Shown piece after piece: positions 23,701 to 38,700 of a stretch of DNA of 64,000 nucleotides. The notes below the pieces were generated by a model that made no database searches, was not told where the DNA came from, and worked only from the letters and a program-made list of their open reading frames with translations. How positions within the stretch are numbered: position 1 is the first letter of the stretch; each line of letters starts with the position of its first letter. The stretch is from contig NC_086108.1 of NCBI RefSeq assembly GCF_963921235.1, positions 104,410,001 to 104,474,000 of the forward strand. Direction: 5' to 3'. Made by a program: the position numbers and the translations under genes. Source of the DNA: Mobula hypostoma (taxonomy: Eukaryota).

Positions 23701-26700
23701 CGCTAATGCCTCCACAATCTCTCCAGCTACTTCCTTCAGAACCTGAGGATGCATACCATCAGGTCCAGGAGATATATCCACCCTCAGACCATTAAGCTTC
23801 CTGAGCACCCTCTCAGTCATAATTTTCACTGCACATACTTCACTTCCCTGACATTCAAGTGTGGAATGGGCACCCGGCGGCGGTGGTGGAGGTGGAAATG
23901 ATGGGGTCTTTTAAGAGACTCCTGGATGGCTACATGGGGCTTAGAAAAATAGAGGGCAATGGGTAAAGCCTAGGTAGTTCTAAGGTAGGGACATGTTGGG
24001 CACAGCTTTGTGGGCCGAAGGGCCTGTGTTGTGCTGTAGGTTTTCTATGTTTCTATGTCTGGTATACTGCAGATGTCTTCCACTGTGAAGACCGATGCAA
24101 AATACGCATTCAGTTCCTCTGCTATCTCTGTGCCTCTTATTACAATATCTCTAGTGTCATTTTCTATTGGTCCTATATCTACCCTCTACTCTCTTTTACC
24201 CTTTATATACTTAAAAAAGCTTTTAGTATCTTAGTTGATATTAGTCACCAGCTTCCTTTCATAATTCAGCTTTTCCTTCGGAATGGCCCTCTTAGTTTAC
24301 TTCTGCAAGTGTCAGCCACGGTAGTGTCCTTCTTCCATTTGAAAATATCTTCTTACTTGGAATATATCTGTCTTGCACTTCCCTTAATTTTCACAGAAAT
24401 TCCAGTCATTGCTGCTCTGTTGTCCTTCTTACTAGTGTCCCTTTCCAGTCAACTTCGGCCAGTTCCCCTCTCATGCCATTGTAATTTCCTTTATTCCGCT
24501 GAAATGCCGACATGTTGGATTTTAGTTTCTCCTTCTCAAATTTCAAAGTGAACTCGATCATATTGTGATCACTGTTCCCTAAGGGTTCCTTAACCTTAAG
24601 CTCTCGTATCACCTCTGGATCATTGCACAACACAATCCAGCAGAGCCGATCCCCTAGTGGGCTCAACAACAAGCTGTTTTAAAAAGCCATCCCTTAGACA
24701 TTCTACAAATTCTCTCTTGAGGTCCATTACTGGCCTGGTTTTCCCAATCCACTTTCATGTTAAAATTCCCAGCTATTATCGTGACATTGCCCTTCTGACA
24801 TGCCTTTTCTATCTCCTGCTGTAATTTGTAATCCACATCCCGGCTGCTGTTTGGAGGCCTGTATACAACTGCAATTAGGGTCCTTTTACCCTTGCCATTT
24901 CTTAACTCAACCAATAGAGACTTTACACCTTCTGATCCTGTGTCATCCCTTTCTAATGATTTAATATTATTTCTTATACACAGGGCCACACCACCCCCTC
25001 TGCCTACTAACCTATCTTTCACATTCACTGTATATCCTTGGACGTTCAGCTCCCAATGGCAGCCATCCTTTAGCCAAGTTTCAGAGATGGCCACAGTGTC
25101 ATATTTGCCAATCTGAAGCTGAATTTCAAGATTGTCCATTTTATTTCTTACACTGCATGCATTCAAATATATTTTCAGTCTGGTATTTGTTACTTTCTGT
25201 TTTAACTGCACCGTGCCTCTATTGCTCTGTAACTCATTCCACTGGCTGTGATTATGCCTCATCTCCTGCTTGTCCTTTCTATAATCTCTGTTGCATGCTA
25301 TCTTTGATTTATTTCTGTTTTCCCCTTCCTCAGCCCTATCACTCTGGTTCCCACCCCCCTGCCAAATTAGTTTAAAACCTCCTTAACAGCTCTATTAAAC
25401 CTGCCTGCTGGGATATTGGACCCCTTTGGGTTCACACCATTCACTCAGCCATGTATTAATATGCCTGATCATGTTTTCTTGCACTCATTAGCACATGACA
25501 CAGGCAGCAATCCTGAGATTACTACCCTAGAAGTTCTGCTTTTAAGCTTCCTACCTAACTCCCTGAATTCTCTCTTCAGGACCTCTTCCCTTTTTCTACC
25601 TGTGTCGTTGGTACCAACGTGTACCAAGACTTCTGGCTGTTCACCCTTTCCCTTCAGAATACTCTGCACCCAATCCGAGACATCCCGTACCCTGGCACCT
25701 GGGAGGCAACACACCATGCTGGTATCTCTATCAGGCTGACAGAACCTCCTGTCTGTTCCCCTCACTATGGAATTTCCTATGACTACCGCATTCCTCATCT
25801 TCCTCTTTCCCTTCTGCACCACTGAACCAGGCTCAGCGCCAGAGACCCGATCGCCATGGTCATCCTCTGTCAGGTCATCTCCCTCAACCGCATCCATAAT
25901 GAGATAATGATTACGGAGGGGGATGGTCACAGGGGTGCTCTCTACTATCTGATCTCTTCCCTTCGCTCTTCCCTTCACTTCCCTGACTGTCAGCCACTTA
26001 TCTAACTCCTGTAGCTTCAGGGTGACTCCCTGTAGCTCCTATCTATCTCGTGCTCACTTTCCCTAATAAGCTGTAGGTCATCAAGCCGTAGCTCCAGATC
26101 CCTAACAGGGTCTCTCAGGAGCTGCATCTTGGTGTACCTGGTGCAGATGTGGCCATCTGGGAGACTTGAAGATTCCCAGGATTCCCACATCTGACACCCA
26201 GAGCAAAGTACTAACCCGACAGACATGCTCTCTATTCCTCAAAATATGCAAGGAGAAATGAAGTCACTTGTCCACTTACCCACTTACCTCGCCAAAGCCC
26301 GCTTTCGCCGAAGCCCGAATGAGCCAATGCCTTACCACTCTAACTCAGACCACTCTGCCGATGACCGCTCCATTAGGCTGTGTCTCCCTTTTATGCCGGA
26401 ACCTTCCCTGCTCTCCAACACACGATTGGCTCTCGCTTTTAAACTTCGCTCCCGGATCTGTGCGCTGCCTGTGTGGACTGTTTCTTTTTCATTACTAGAG
26501 GATTGGGAAGCTTTTCAATACTAACAGAAGGCAACTAAAAGAAATCATAAAGAAGGAAAAGATGGAATACGAAGTGTGGCTGGTCATTACTATTAAAAAG
26601 AATACCTAAAGTTTCTTCAGATACATAAAGAGTAAAAGAGAGGTGAGAGTAAATATCAGAGTGCTGGAAAATGATGCTGGAAAGGTAGTAATAGGGGGCA

Positions 26701-29700
26701 AACTGAATACATATTTTGCATCACTCTTCACTGTAGAAGACATTAGTGGTATGCTGGAAGTATCAAGGGGCAGAAGTGTGTGAAGTTGCCATTATTTGGG
26801 AGAGGTTCTTGAGAAGGTGATAGGTGTGAAGGTACCGTAGATAAGTTGTTTGGATGAGATGGTGTTTACCTAAGGGTTCTGAAAAAGGTGGCTGAAGAGA
26901 TTGTGGAGGCATTAGTAATGATCTTTCAAGAATCACTAGAGTTTGGCTTGGTTCCAGAGGACTGGAAAATTGCAAATGTCACTTCATTCTTCAAGAAGGG
27001 TGACAGGTAGAAGAGAGGAAATTACAGGCCAGTTAGTCCGACCTCAGTGGTTTTCGGGTACTTGGATGCACATGATAAAGTAGGCCATAGTCAGCATGGT
27101 TTCCTTATGGGAAAATCTTGCCTCAAAAGTCTGTTGGAATTCTTTGAAGAATTAATAAGTAGGATAGACAAAGGAGAATCAGTTGGTGATGTGTACTTGG
27201 ATTTTCAGAAGGTCTCTGACAAGGTGTCACACACGAGGCTGCTTAATGTGCTACGGTGAGCCCGTGGTATTACAGGAAACATTCTAGCATGGATAAAGCA
27301 GTGGCTGATTTGTTGTTGTTCCTTTCTGCACCTTGTGTCACATCAGGCAGTAACCTTGCCATTTCTTTTGCATTTTTGTCTTTTTTATGAGGCGGAATTG
27401 CTAGGTCGACGCTCAGCCAGCACAGATGGAAAGTGTGCAAGAAGCTAGCCGGATTTGAACCCCAGACCATTCGCCTTGAAGTCCAGTGTGGATGTCACTA
27501 CACCAGCAGTTGGCTAGTGGCTGATTGGCAGGAGGCAAAGAGTGGGAATAATAGGATCCTTTTCTGGTTGGCTGCCAGTGATTCATGGTGTTCCAAAGGG
27601 CCTGTGTGGGATCACTTCTTTTTCATTATATGTCAATGACTTGGGTGATGGAATTGATTGCTTTGTGGCCAAGTTTGTGGATGATATGAAGCTAGATAGA
27701 GGACATGATGTTTTGAATAAGTAGAGAGACCACAGAAGGACTAAACAGATCAGGAGAATGGGTAAACAAGTGGCAGATGGAATACAGTGCCGAGAAGTGT
27801 ATGGTCATGTAGAAGAAATAAAAGGGTTGACAATCTTCTAAGTGGAGAGAATATTCAAAAAAAAATCTCAGGTGCCAAGGGACTTGGGAGTTCTCATGCA
27901 GGATTCCCTAAAGGTTAATTTGCAGATTGAGTCAGCGGTGAGAAAGGCAAATGCGATGTTAGCATTCATTTGGAGAGGACTAGAGTATAAAATCAAGAGT
28001 GTAATGTTAAGGCTTTATAAAGCACTGGTAAGGTCTCACTTGGAGTACTGTGAGCAGTTTTATGCCCCTTTTTCTAATAAAGAATGTGCTGGTATGGGAG
28101 TTCAAAGGAGGTTCACAGAAATTATTCCGCAGTTGAAAAGCTTGTCAAATGGGGAGCGTTTGATGGCTCTGGCACTGTACTCACTGGAATTCAGAAGAAT
28201 GGGGAGTGATCTCATTTAAACCTATTGAATGTTGAAAGGCCTAGAAAGAGTAGATGTTTCTTATGGTGTTGTGGTCTACGACCACAGGACACAGCCTTGG
28301 AATGGAAGGGTGTCCTTTTAGAGTGTAGATGAGGAGGAATTTCTTCAGCCAGAGACTGATGAATCTGTGGAATTTGTTGCCAGAGGTGGCTATGGATGCT
28401 ATGTCATTTGGTGTTTTTGAGGCCGAGGTTGATAGATTCTTGATTTGTCAGCAAATGAAGGGATACGAGGAGAAGCCAGAAGATTGGGGCTGAGAGGAAA
28501 AAATGGATCAGTCATGATGAAATGATGGAAGAGTCTCGATAGGCTAAATGGCCAAATCCTGCACCTATATGGATTTTATGGGATGTGGGCTTCACAGGTT
28601 GAACTGATACTTAATTGGCCCTCCCTACTTGCCCTTGAGAAGGTGGTGAGCTGCCCTCTTGAACAACTGCAGTCCTTGAGGTGTGGGTACATCTACAGAG
28701 GCGTGAGGGAGGAAGCTTCAGAATTTGGCCCAGTGACAGTGCAAGAACGGCAATATATTTCCAGGTCTGGATGGGGTTTCCCTTTAAGGGTGACTCAGGT
28801 TTGGTGGTGTTCCCCATGTTTTTCCTATCCTTGTTCATCGAGGTGGTGGGTTTACATAGAAAACATAGAAACATAGAAAATAGGTGCAGGAGTAGGCCAT
28901 TCGGCCCTTCGAGCCTGCACCGCCATTTATTATGATCATGGCTGATCATCCAACTCAGAACCCTGCCCCAGCCTTCCCTCCATACCCCCTGATCCCTGTA
29001 GCCACAAGGGCCATATCTAACTCCCTCTTAAATATAGCCAATGAACTGGCCTCAACTGTTTCCTGTGGCAGAGAATTCCACAGATTCACCACTCTCTGTG
29101 TGAAGAAGTTTTTCCTAATCTCGGTCCTAAAAGGCTCTATCCTCAAACTGTGACCCCTCGTTCTGGACTTCCCCAACATCGGGAACAATCTTCCTGCATC
29201 TAGCCTGTCCAATCCCTTTAGGATCTTATACGTTTCAATCAGATCCCCCCTCAATCTTCTAAATTCCAACGAGTACAAGCCCAGTTCATCCAGTCTTTCT
29301 TCATATGAAAGTCCTGCCATCCCAGGAATCAATCTGGTGAACCTTCTTTGTACTCCCTCTATGGCAAAGATGTCTTTCCTCAGATTAGGGGACCAAAACT
29401 GCACACAATACTCCAGGTGTGGTCTCACCAAGGCCTTGTACAACTGCAGTAGTACCTCCCTGCTCCTGTACTTGAATCCTCTCGCTATAAATGCCAGCAT
29501 ACCATTCGCCTTTTTCACCGCCTGCTGTACCTGCATGCCCACTTTCAATGACTGGTGTATAATGACACCCAGGTCTCGTTGCACCTCCCCTTTTCCTAAT
29601 CGGCCACCATTCAGATAATAATCTGTTTTCCTATTTTTGCCACCAAAGTGGATAACTTCACATTTATCCACATTAAATTGCATCTGCCATGAATTTGCCC

Positions 29701-32700
29701 ACTCACCCAACCTATCCAAGTCACCCTGCATCCTCTTAGCATCCTCCTCACTGCTAACACTGCCACCCAGCTTCGTGTCATCCGCAATGCTGCATTTAAT
29801 TCCCTTATCCAAGTCATTAATATATATTGTAAACAACTGGGGTCCCAGCGCTGAGCCTTGCGGTACCCCACTAGTCACTGCCTGCCATTCTGAAAAGGTC
29901 CCGTTTATTCCCACTCTTTGCTTCCTGTCTGCTAACCAATTCTCCACCCACACCAATACCTTATCCCCAATACCGTGTGCTTTAAGTTTGCACACTAATC
30001 TCCTGTGTGGGACCTTGTCAAAAGCCTTTTGAAAATCCAAATATACCACATCCACTGGTTCTCCCCTATCCACTCTACTAGTTACATCCTCAAAAAATTC
30101 TATGAGATTCGTCAGACATGATTTTCCTTTCACAAATCCATGCTGACTTTGTCCGATCATTTCACCGCTTTCCAAATGTGCTCTTATCACATCCTTGATA
30201 ACTGACTCCAGCAGTTTCCCCACCACCGACGTTAGGCTAACCGGTCTATAATTCCCCGGTTTCTCTCTCCCTCCTTTTTTAAAAAGTGGGGTTACATTAG
30301 CCACCCTCCAATCCTCAGGAACTAGTCCAGAATCTAACGAGTTTTGAAAAATTATCACTAATGCATCCACTATTTCTTGGGCTACTTCCTTAAGCACTCT
30401 GGGATGCAGACCATCTGGCCCTGGGGATTTATCTGCCTTCAATCCCTTCAATTTACCTAACACCACTTCCCTACTAACTTGTATTTCGCTCAGTTCCTCC
30501 ATCTCACTGGACCCTCTGTCCCTTACTATTTCTGGAAGATTATTTATGTCGTCCTCAGTGAAGACAGAACCAAAGTAATTATTCAATTGGTCTGCCATGT
30601 CCTTGCTCCCCATAATCAATTCACCTGTTTCTGTCTGCAGGGGACTTACATTTGTCTTTACCAGTCTTTTCCTTTTTACATATCTATAAAAGCTTTTACA
30701 GTCTGTTTTTATGTTCCCTGCCAGTTTTCTCTCATAATCTTTTTTCCCCTTCCTAATTAAGCCCTTTGTCCTCCTCTGCTGAACTCTGAATTTCTCCCAG
30801 TCCTCAGGTGAGCCACTTTCTCTGGCTAATTTGTATGCTTCTTCTTTGGAATTGATACTATCCCTAATTTCTCTTGTCAGCCACGGGTGCACTACCTTCC
30901 TTGATTTATTCTTTTGCCAAACTGGGATGAACAATTGTTGTAGTTCATCCATGCAACCTTTAAATGCTTGCCATTGCATATCCACCGTCAATCCTTTAAG
31001 TGTCATTTGCCAGTCTATCTTAGCTAATTCACGTCTCATACCTTCAAAGTAGGGTGACTTTCTGTAGTGTGTTTTACAGATGGTATAAACTGCTGCTACT
31101 GTGTGTCTGTGGTGGAGTGAGTGAATGGTTATGGAGTGGGCTTCTTATATGGTGCTTAGCTTCTTGAATGTTGTAGAAGCTACACTTGGCCAGGCAGTGT
31201 GAGTGTTCCATCACACCCCTGACTTGAGATAATGACCAGCCTTTGGGAAGTTATTCGCTGTTAGTTTCTAGCCTCTGACCTGCTCTGGCTTGCTCTTGTA
31301 GTCACAGTGTCGGTGACGACCCCAGCTCAATCGTCCAAGACTTGGTGCCCAACGTATTGTAAGGGGGTTTCGTCTCATGTTACTGCGTAGGCTAATTAAA
31401 ATGGCTTCTTTGTTATGTTATACTTGGGAATGCTTCTTTATTATGTTAAACGCTGAGAAAGTTTTTGTGCTAGCAGCTTGTTTTGATTTAGAGTGTGATA
31501 AGAAGATGTTACGAACCAATTGGGATAGTTGTTATGATTTTAGTGTATCTAGAAAATTTGTACGCGTGGGGCTTTGGAGGCAGAAGGCGGAAGAGAGAGA
31601 CAGAGGATGGACCAGGTGCTGTGATGTCCGCTAATGGGGTTGGACCCCGAAGAGGGCGTTCGGCGAGGAGACGGAGACGGACTCGTGGGGAATGTCTGGT
31701 CGACCACCGTTGTTGGTCCCAGGCGGCCAGTTGAGGTGGTCCAAGGGGTTGCAGGGTGAAGAAGGGTCCTGAGCTGCAACTGTTTGTGCACGAAGAGATT
31801 GAACTTTAATAAGCATGGCACCTTTTATTTTCTATTCTCTATTAATTATATAATTCCAATAATATCTATAAACTGTAAATCATTTAATCGTATCTGGTGT
31901 ATTGTCTGTTATTTGGGCGGGGTGGGCTACCTCACACAGCATCCACACAAACTATTACCCAGTTTGCCGGGGCCGAGGGCTGTTTCCCTAGACGACAGCG
32001 AGCCGAGCGACCCTGAGGTTGGCCAGGGTGGCTACAGTATTGCAACACACAAAATGCTGGCGTACCTAAGGGGGTCAGGAGGGAAATTGGCCATCAATAT
32101 TTTGGGTGGACACCCCTTATCAGGACTGGAAAGAAAAGAGATGAGAAGTCAGTATATACAGGTCAGGGGAAGGGGCAGAGTAAGAGCTGGTGGGCGATAG
32201 CGAGAGGCAGAGGGGAGTGGTGTCATTTATTGCATTCCGGTGCTTCCAGTGTGGCCTCTACTACGTCACTGGGACTCAACACAGACTGGGGGATTGCTTC
32301 GTCAAGTGGCCACACAATGTCTTTCATAACAGCCAGGATCTTTTGGTGCCCAACTATTTTAACTCCATGTCACATTTCCACATCTATATGCCTGAACTTG
32401 ACTGATACAAATGTGCTTGTCAATAGGAAAAGAAGTGAACTAATTGACTTCGTCAGGACATACAAGCCAAAGCCATTCCTAAACTCGAGCACTCGGCCAA
32501 CAGTTTTACTCATTGGACCACTAGGAGCAGGAAAATCCAGTTTCATCAACTCTATGGACTCGGTTTTCCATGATTATGTGACCAATCGGGCTTCGGCTGG
32601 AAATACCACCACCAAAGTAAGAATACAAATGTACTTCAGAATCAGGTTTAATATCACTAATTTTATACGTCGCAAAATTTTTTGACTTTGCGGCAGCAGT

Positions 32701-35700
32701 GGAATGTAATACATAATAATAAGGAAAAAGACCAATGAATTACAATGTAATAATATTAGTTTAATTAAATAAGTTGCAAAAATAGAAATAAAGAAGTAAA
32801 AAAAGTTTGAGCTCGTGTTTATGGGTTCAATGTCCATTCAGAAATCAGATGGTAGAGGGGAAGAAGCTGTTCCTGAATCGCTGAATCTGTGTCTTAAAGC
32901 TTCTGTACCTCCTTCCTGATGGTAGGAATGAGAGGAGGGCATATCCTGGGTGATGAGGGTCCTGAATGATGGGTGCTGCCTTTTTAGGCCATTGCTCCTT
33001 GAAGATGACCTGGATACTACAAAAGCTGGTGCCCATGATGGAGCTGCCTAGGTCCACACATTCAGTATCTTCTTTTGATCCTGTACAGTATAACCTCTAT
33101 GCCAAACACTGATGTAGTCAGTTAGAATGTCCTCCGTGGTACATCTGTAGAAATTTGTGAGTGTCTTTGGTGACATACCAAATTTCCACTCCTCAAACTT
33201 CTAATGAAATATAGCTGCTGTTGTGCCTTCTTTGTAGCTGCATCGATATGTTGGGCCCAGGATAGATCCTCAGAGATATTGACACCCATGAACTTGAAAT
33301 TGCTCACTCTTTCCACCTCTGATCCCGTTATGAGGACTGGTGTTTGTTCCCTTGACTTATCTGAAGTCCACAATCAGTTTTTTGATATTATTTACATTGA
33401 GTGCAAGGTTGTTGCTATGACACCACTCATCTAGCTGATATATTTTGCTTCTGTATGCCTCTTCCTCACCATCTTATGGTCTTAAGCAATACGAATGCTT
33501 TCTGACCTCCCATATCATGCCCCTCTGACATTCTCACAGATCAATGGCCATTGACAGGCTTTGAATCATAGAAAAATACAGCACAGAAAGAGACCCACCC
33601 TAGTCCATGCCAAAATCATTTAAACTGCCTACTCCCATTAACCTGCACCAGGACAAAGCCCAACATACCCCTACCATCCACGAACCTAGTCAAACTTAAC
33701 ATAGGTTTTGATATTGAGCACACATTCACCTCTTGTGCTGGCAGCACTCATTCCACACTCTCATGATCATCTGAGTGAAGAAATTTCCCCTCATGTTCCA
33801 CTTAAACCTCTCACCTTCCACCCTTAACCCATGAACTCTAGTTGTAGTCCCAGTCAACCTTAGTGGAAAACGTTTGTTTGCATTTACCTTATCTGTACCC
33901 CTCATAATTTTGTATACTTCTATCAAATCTTCTCTCAGTCTTCAATGTTCTAAAGTCTTAACCTGTTCAATCCTTCCATATAACTCAAGTCCTCCAGACC
34001 TTAAATTGTTGAAAATTTTCTCTGTACTCTTTCAATTTTACTTACACATTTCCTGTAGATAGGTGACCAGAACTGCACACAATACTCCAAATTAGATCTC
34101 ACCAATGTCTTGTATAAGTTCAACATAACATCCCATCTAATGTACCAAATTTATGAAGGCCAATGTGCCTAAAGCTTTCTTTACAATGCTACCTACCTGT
34201 GATGCCACTTTCAACGAATTATGTACCTGTATTCCCAGATGCTTTTGTTCTATCACACTCCTCAGTAAGACCTACCCTGATTAGTTCTACCAAAGTACAA
34301 AACCTTGCACTTACCTACATTAAATTCCACCTGCCATTTTTTGTCCCATTTTTCCAGCTGATTCAGATCCTTTTTTCAAGCCATGATGGTCTTCCTTGCT
34401 GTCCACTACACCCCCCACCTTGGTGTCACCTGATAATCTGCTGACCCAGTTAACCACATTATCACCCAGAGCATTGATATAGATGATAAACAACTGAGGA
34501 CCCAGCACTGATCCCTGCGGCACTCCACTAGTCACAGGCCTCCAGTCAGGGAGGCAACCATCTGCTACCAGTCTCTGGCTTCTTCCACAAAGCCAATGTG
34601 TAATCCAATTTACTACCTCATCTTGAATGCTGAGCTACTAAACCTTCTTGGCTATCCTCCCATGTGGGAACTTGTCAGATGCCTTGTAGATGTCCATGTA
34701 GACAATATCCATTGCCTTGCTTCTATCCACTTTTTTGGTAATTTACTCAAAAGTCTCTATGAGATTGGTTAGACACGACCTACCATGTGGAAGCTATGCT
34801 GACTATCCAAGTGTACAGAATACCTTCCAATAACTTTCCCACAACTGATGTCAGACTCACCAGCTTATAACTTCCTGGTTTATGTTTAGAGCCTTTCTTA
34901 AACAGTGGAACAACACTGACTATCCTCTGATCCTCCGGTACCTCTCCTGTCACTAAGGATAATTTAATTATATGTGCTAGGGCTCCTGCAATTTCTGCTC
35001 CTGACTCCCACTGAGTCTGAGGGAACACCTTGTCAGGCCCTGGGGATTTATCCACTCTGATTTGCCTAAGGACAGCAAACTCCTCCTCCTCCTCTCTAAT
35101 CTTCAGAGGGTCCATGAAGTTGGTGCTGCTTTGCCTCACTTCTATAGACTCTGTCTGTCTCCTGAGTAAGTACAGAGACAAAAAATTTATTAGGTGATCC
35201 CTTGTACAGGAGAATTTCCTGAACATTTGAGGAATCTGCAGCATGATCTTAGCGAGACTGTTTACGCATCTTGCCAGGGAAATTGCCTTCCAAATTCTAC
35301 AGGGATAATTCCCACCACCCTCCTGCTGTCGGATTGAGCTGTGAGTTCTGTATTCAGTACCAGTAGTCAGTGTTAAGCCATGGGGCAAGTGGGGTGTTGG
35401 AAAGTACAACTGTTGAAACTTTGGTCCATCTGTACTCCCGTTCTAGAAGTTGGCAGGTTTCTCCAATGTGTCTTTAAATGATGTCAGAGTTGACAATGCA
35501 ACCTTGTGTTTCATTACAGTTTTCAAAGTACGCCTTCCAAGCAGGAAAAGTGACAGCAAGCCTAATCCTCTGTGATACATTGGGCCTTGCGAAAGATGGA
35601 GAATTTGGGATTTCTGATGAAGAGATTGTCAACATTCTTAAAGGATTAATTCCCAACCAACATCAGGTATCGTTGACTCTGACTCTAATAATAAATTCAA

Positions 35701-38700
35701 TAGTAGATACAGAAGGGAAGCATGGTATGGTATAGAACAGAGAAGAGTATAGCACAACAGGCCATTCAAAAGTGTCACATCGAATCAGCTAAAAAGCAAA
35801 TCGAAAACACCCAAACACTATACCCTCCTACCTAATTCCATGTCCATTTCCCTCTTTCTTCCTTACATCCATGTGTCTATCCAAACATTTCCTAGAAGCC
35901 CCCTAATGTATTTGCCTCTACCACCATACCAGGCAGCGCATTCCAGCCATCCATGCCTCACTGAGTAAAAACAAATGTACCCCTCACATCACCCTGGACC
36001 CACCCCTTCTCACCTTCAATGCCTGCTGTCTGGTAAAGACCGGCTCTGAATCCTACCAGGGGAACAGCCTTCAAAGTTCTCCAGGAGTGATTCCTGCTGT
36101 CAGAGTAACCTGTAATTTGTGTATTCGGTACCAGCAATCACTGTTATACCATGGGGCAGGTGGGCTGTTGGGTTCTGTGTTGTTCTACCAAGCATCGTGG
36201 GAATTCTGTGTTGGCACCAGAACATGACGACATGTATGGCAAAGATGGTATTACAGTCAGAAATATTGCTAAAACAAGTTCTAAAGTGACAATAGTGGAA
36301 GAGGTAAAATTAAGGATTTGAGAACTTTACAACACCATTGGGAAGAAGATGTGAACAGGTAATTATGTCAGCAGTGGGGGTCCTGGGTCTGAATGTTTTG
36401 GCTTTCAAGCTCATGCATCTTATCCTGGAAGGTAGGAGTGAGAAAAGGGAATGGCCAGGGTGGCAGACATCTGTGACAACACTATTCGCCTTCCTGATGC
36501 TAAATGTTGCATTACAGGACAAGACCAGCTCCCAGAAAAGAACTTGAAATCCTACAGGAGATGAAGTCTCCTATCCTTCTCGTCCAGGGCTAGGTGTGAC
36601 TTCAGATTCAGATTCACATTTATTTCTCATGTGTACATCAAAACTCGCAGTGAAATGCATCCTTTGTGTTAACAACCAACACAACCGAGAGGATGTTCTG
36701 GGAGTAGCCACATCCTAGTGCCAACACAGCGTTCACACAAAATGGAAGAACAACACAGAACCCAAGAACATGGAACACAGCAGGCAACAGAACAACAAGA
36801 TTCACCATATTTGCCGGTGGGAGGCAAATATGATGTTAGCATTCATTTCAAGAGGACTAGAATATAAAAGCAAGGATGTAATGTTGATGCTTCATAAAGC
36901 ATTGGTGAGACCTCACAGGGATAATAGTGAGCAGTTTTGGGCCCCTTATCTTAGATAGGATGTGCTGAAACTGGAGAGGATTCAAAGGAGTTCCACAAAA
37001 ATGATTCCAGGATTGATCAGGTTGTCATATGAAGAGTGTTTGATGGCTCTGGACCTGTGTTAACTAGTGGGGTTACCTAATTGAAACCTATCAAACAGTG
37101 AAAGACCTTGATAGAGTGGACGTGGAGAGGATGAAGCCTAGGACCAGAGGGCACAGCCTCGGAACAGCAGGACATCCATTTTGAACGGAGATGAGGAGGA
37201 ACTTCTTCAGCCAGAGTGGTGAATCTGTGGGATTCATTGCCACAGGCAGCTGCAAAGGCCAAGTCAATGGGTACATTTAAGACAGAGGTTCATAGATTCT
37301 TGATTGGTCAGGGTATGAAGGAATGTGCAGCAGGAGATTGGGGCTGAGGGGAAAAATGGATCAGCCATAATGAAATAGTGGAGCAGACTCGATGGTCCCA
37401 ATGGTCTAATTCTACTCCTATATCTTATATTCTATTATCTTAAGAAAGCTATCTTCTTTCATCCCTCCAAACTACTGACACACACAAATAGGCCCCCAGG
37501 CCTCCAGTCTCTACGTGCCAGCCATCGGGGTACAACTTCCGGACTAATGATCAGATTATTTTATTTTTGCCATATGATCTCGCCTCTGCCTGTTCTCACT
37601 GAAGCCTGTTGAGCAGAAGCCTCACCACTCTTGACTCAGACCACCCCCATGATGACTGCTCTGCTAGATGGTACCTCTCTTTTATGGAGACTGGGTTATT
37701 ACTCCACTCCAGGCCTGAGCAAAACTGCTTCACTGTATCTGCGCTGCTGTCCACTGATGACAAGTAGAAAATCTCTGAAGAGTGTTGATAAGTCCCCGGG
37801 GCCTGACAGAATATTCCCCAGGCTGCTCCATGAGACAAGGGAAGAGATTGCTGAACCTCTGGCTAGGATCTTTATGTCCTCGTTGTCCATGGGAATGGTA
37901 CCAGAGGATTGGAGGGAGGCGAATGTTGTCCCCTTGTTCAAAAAAGGTAGTAGGGATAGTCCGGGTAATTATAGACCAGTGAGGCTTACGTCTGTGATAG
38001 GAAAGCTGTTGGAAAAGATTCTTAGAGATAGGATCTATGGGCATTTAGAGAATCATGGTCTGATCAGGGATTTGTGAAGGGCAGATCGTGTCTAACAAGC
38101 CTGATAGTTCTTTGAGGAGGTGACCAGGCATATAGATGAGGGTAGTGCAGTGGATGTGATCTATATGGTTTTTAGTAAGGCATTTGACAAGGTTCCACAC
38201 GGTAGGCTTATTCAGAAAGTCAGAAGGCATGAGATCCAGGGAGGTTTGGCCAGGTGGATTCAGAATTGGCTTGCCTGCAGAAGGCAGAGGGTCATGGTGG
38301 AGGGAGTACATTCAGATTGGAAGATTGTGACTAGTGGTGTCCCACAAGGATCTGTTCTGGGACGTCTACTTTTCGTGATTTTTATTAATGACCTGGATGT
38401 GCGGTTGGAAGGGTGGGTTGGCAAGTTTGCAGATGACACAAAGGTTGGTGGTGTTGTAGATAGTGTAGAGGATTGTTGAAGATTGCAGAGAGACATTGAT
38501 AGGATGCAGAAGTGGGCTGAGAAGTGGCAGATGGAGTTCAACCTGGAGAAGTGTGAGGTGGTACACTTTGGAAGGACAAACTCCAAGGCAGAGTACAAAG
38601 TAAATGGCAGGATACTTGGTAGTGTGGAGGAGCAGAGGAATCTGGGGGTACATGTCCACAGATCCCTGAAAGTTGCCTCACAGGTGGATAGGGTAGTTAA

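Noticed and set aside
27440..27515. tRNA-like A/B boxes
   Set aside because: This is a SINE head with body, tail and TSD; there is no convincing cloverleaf.
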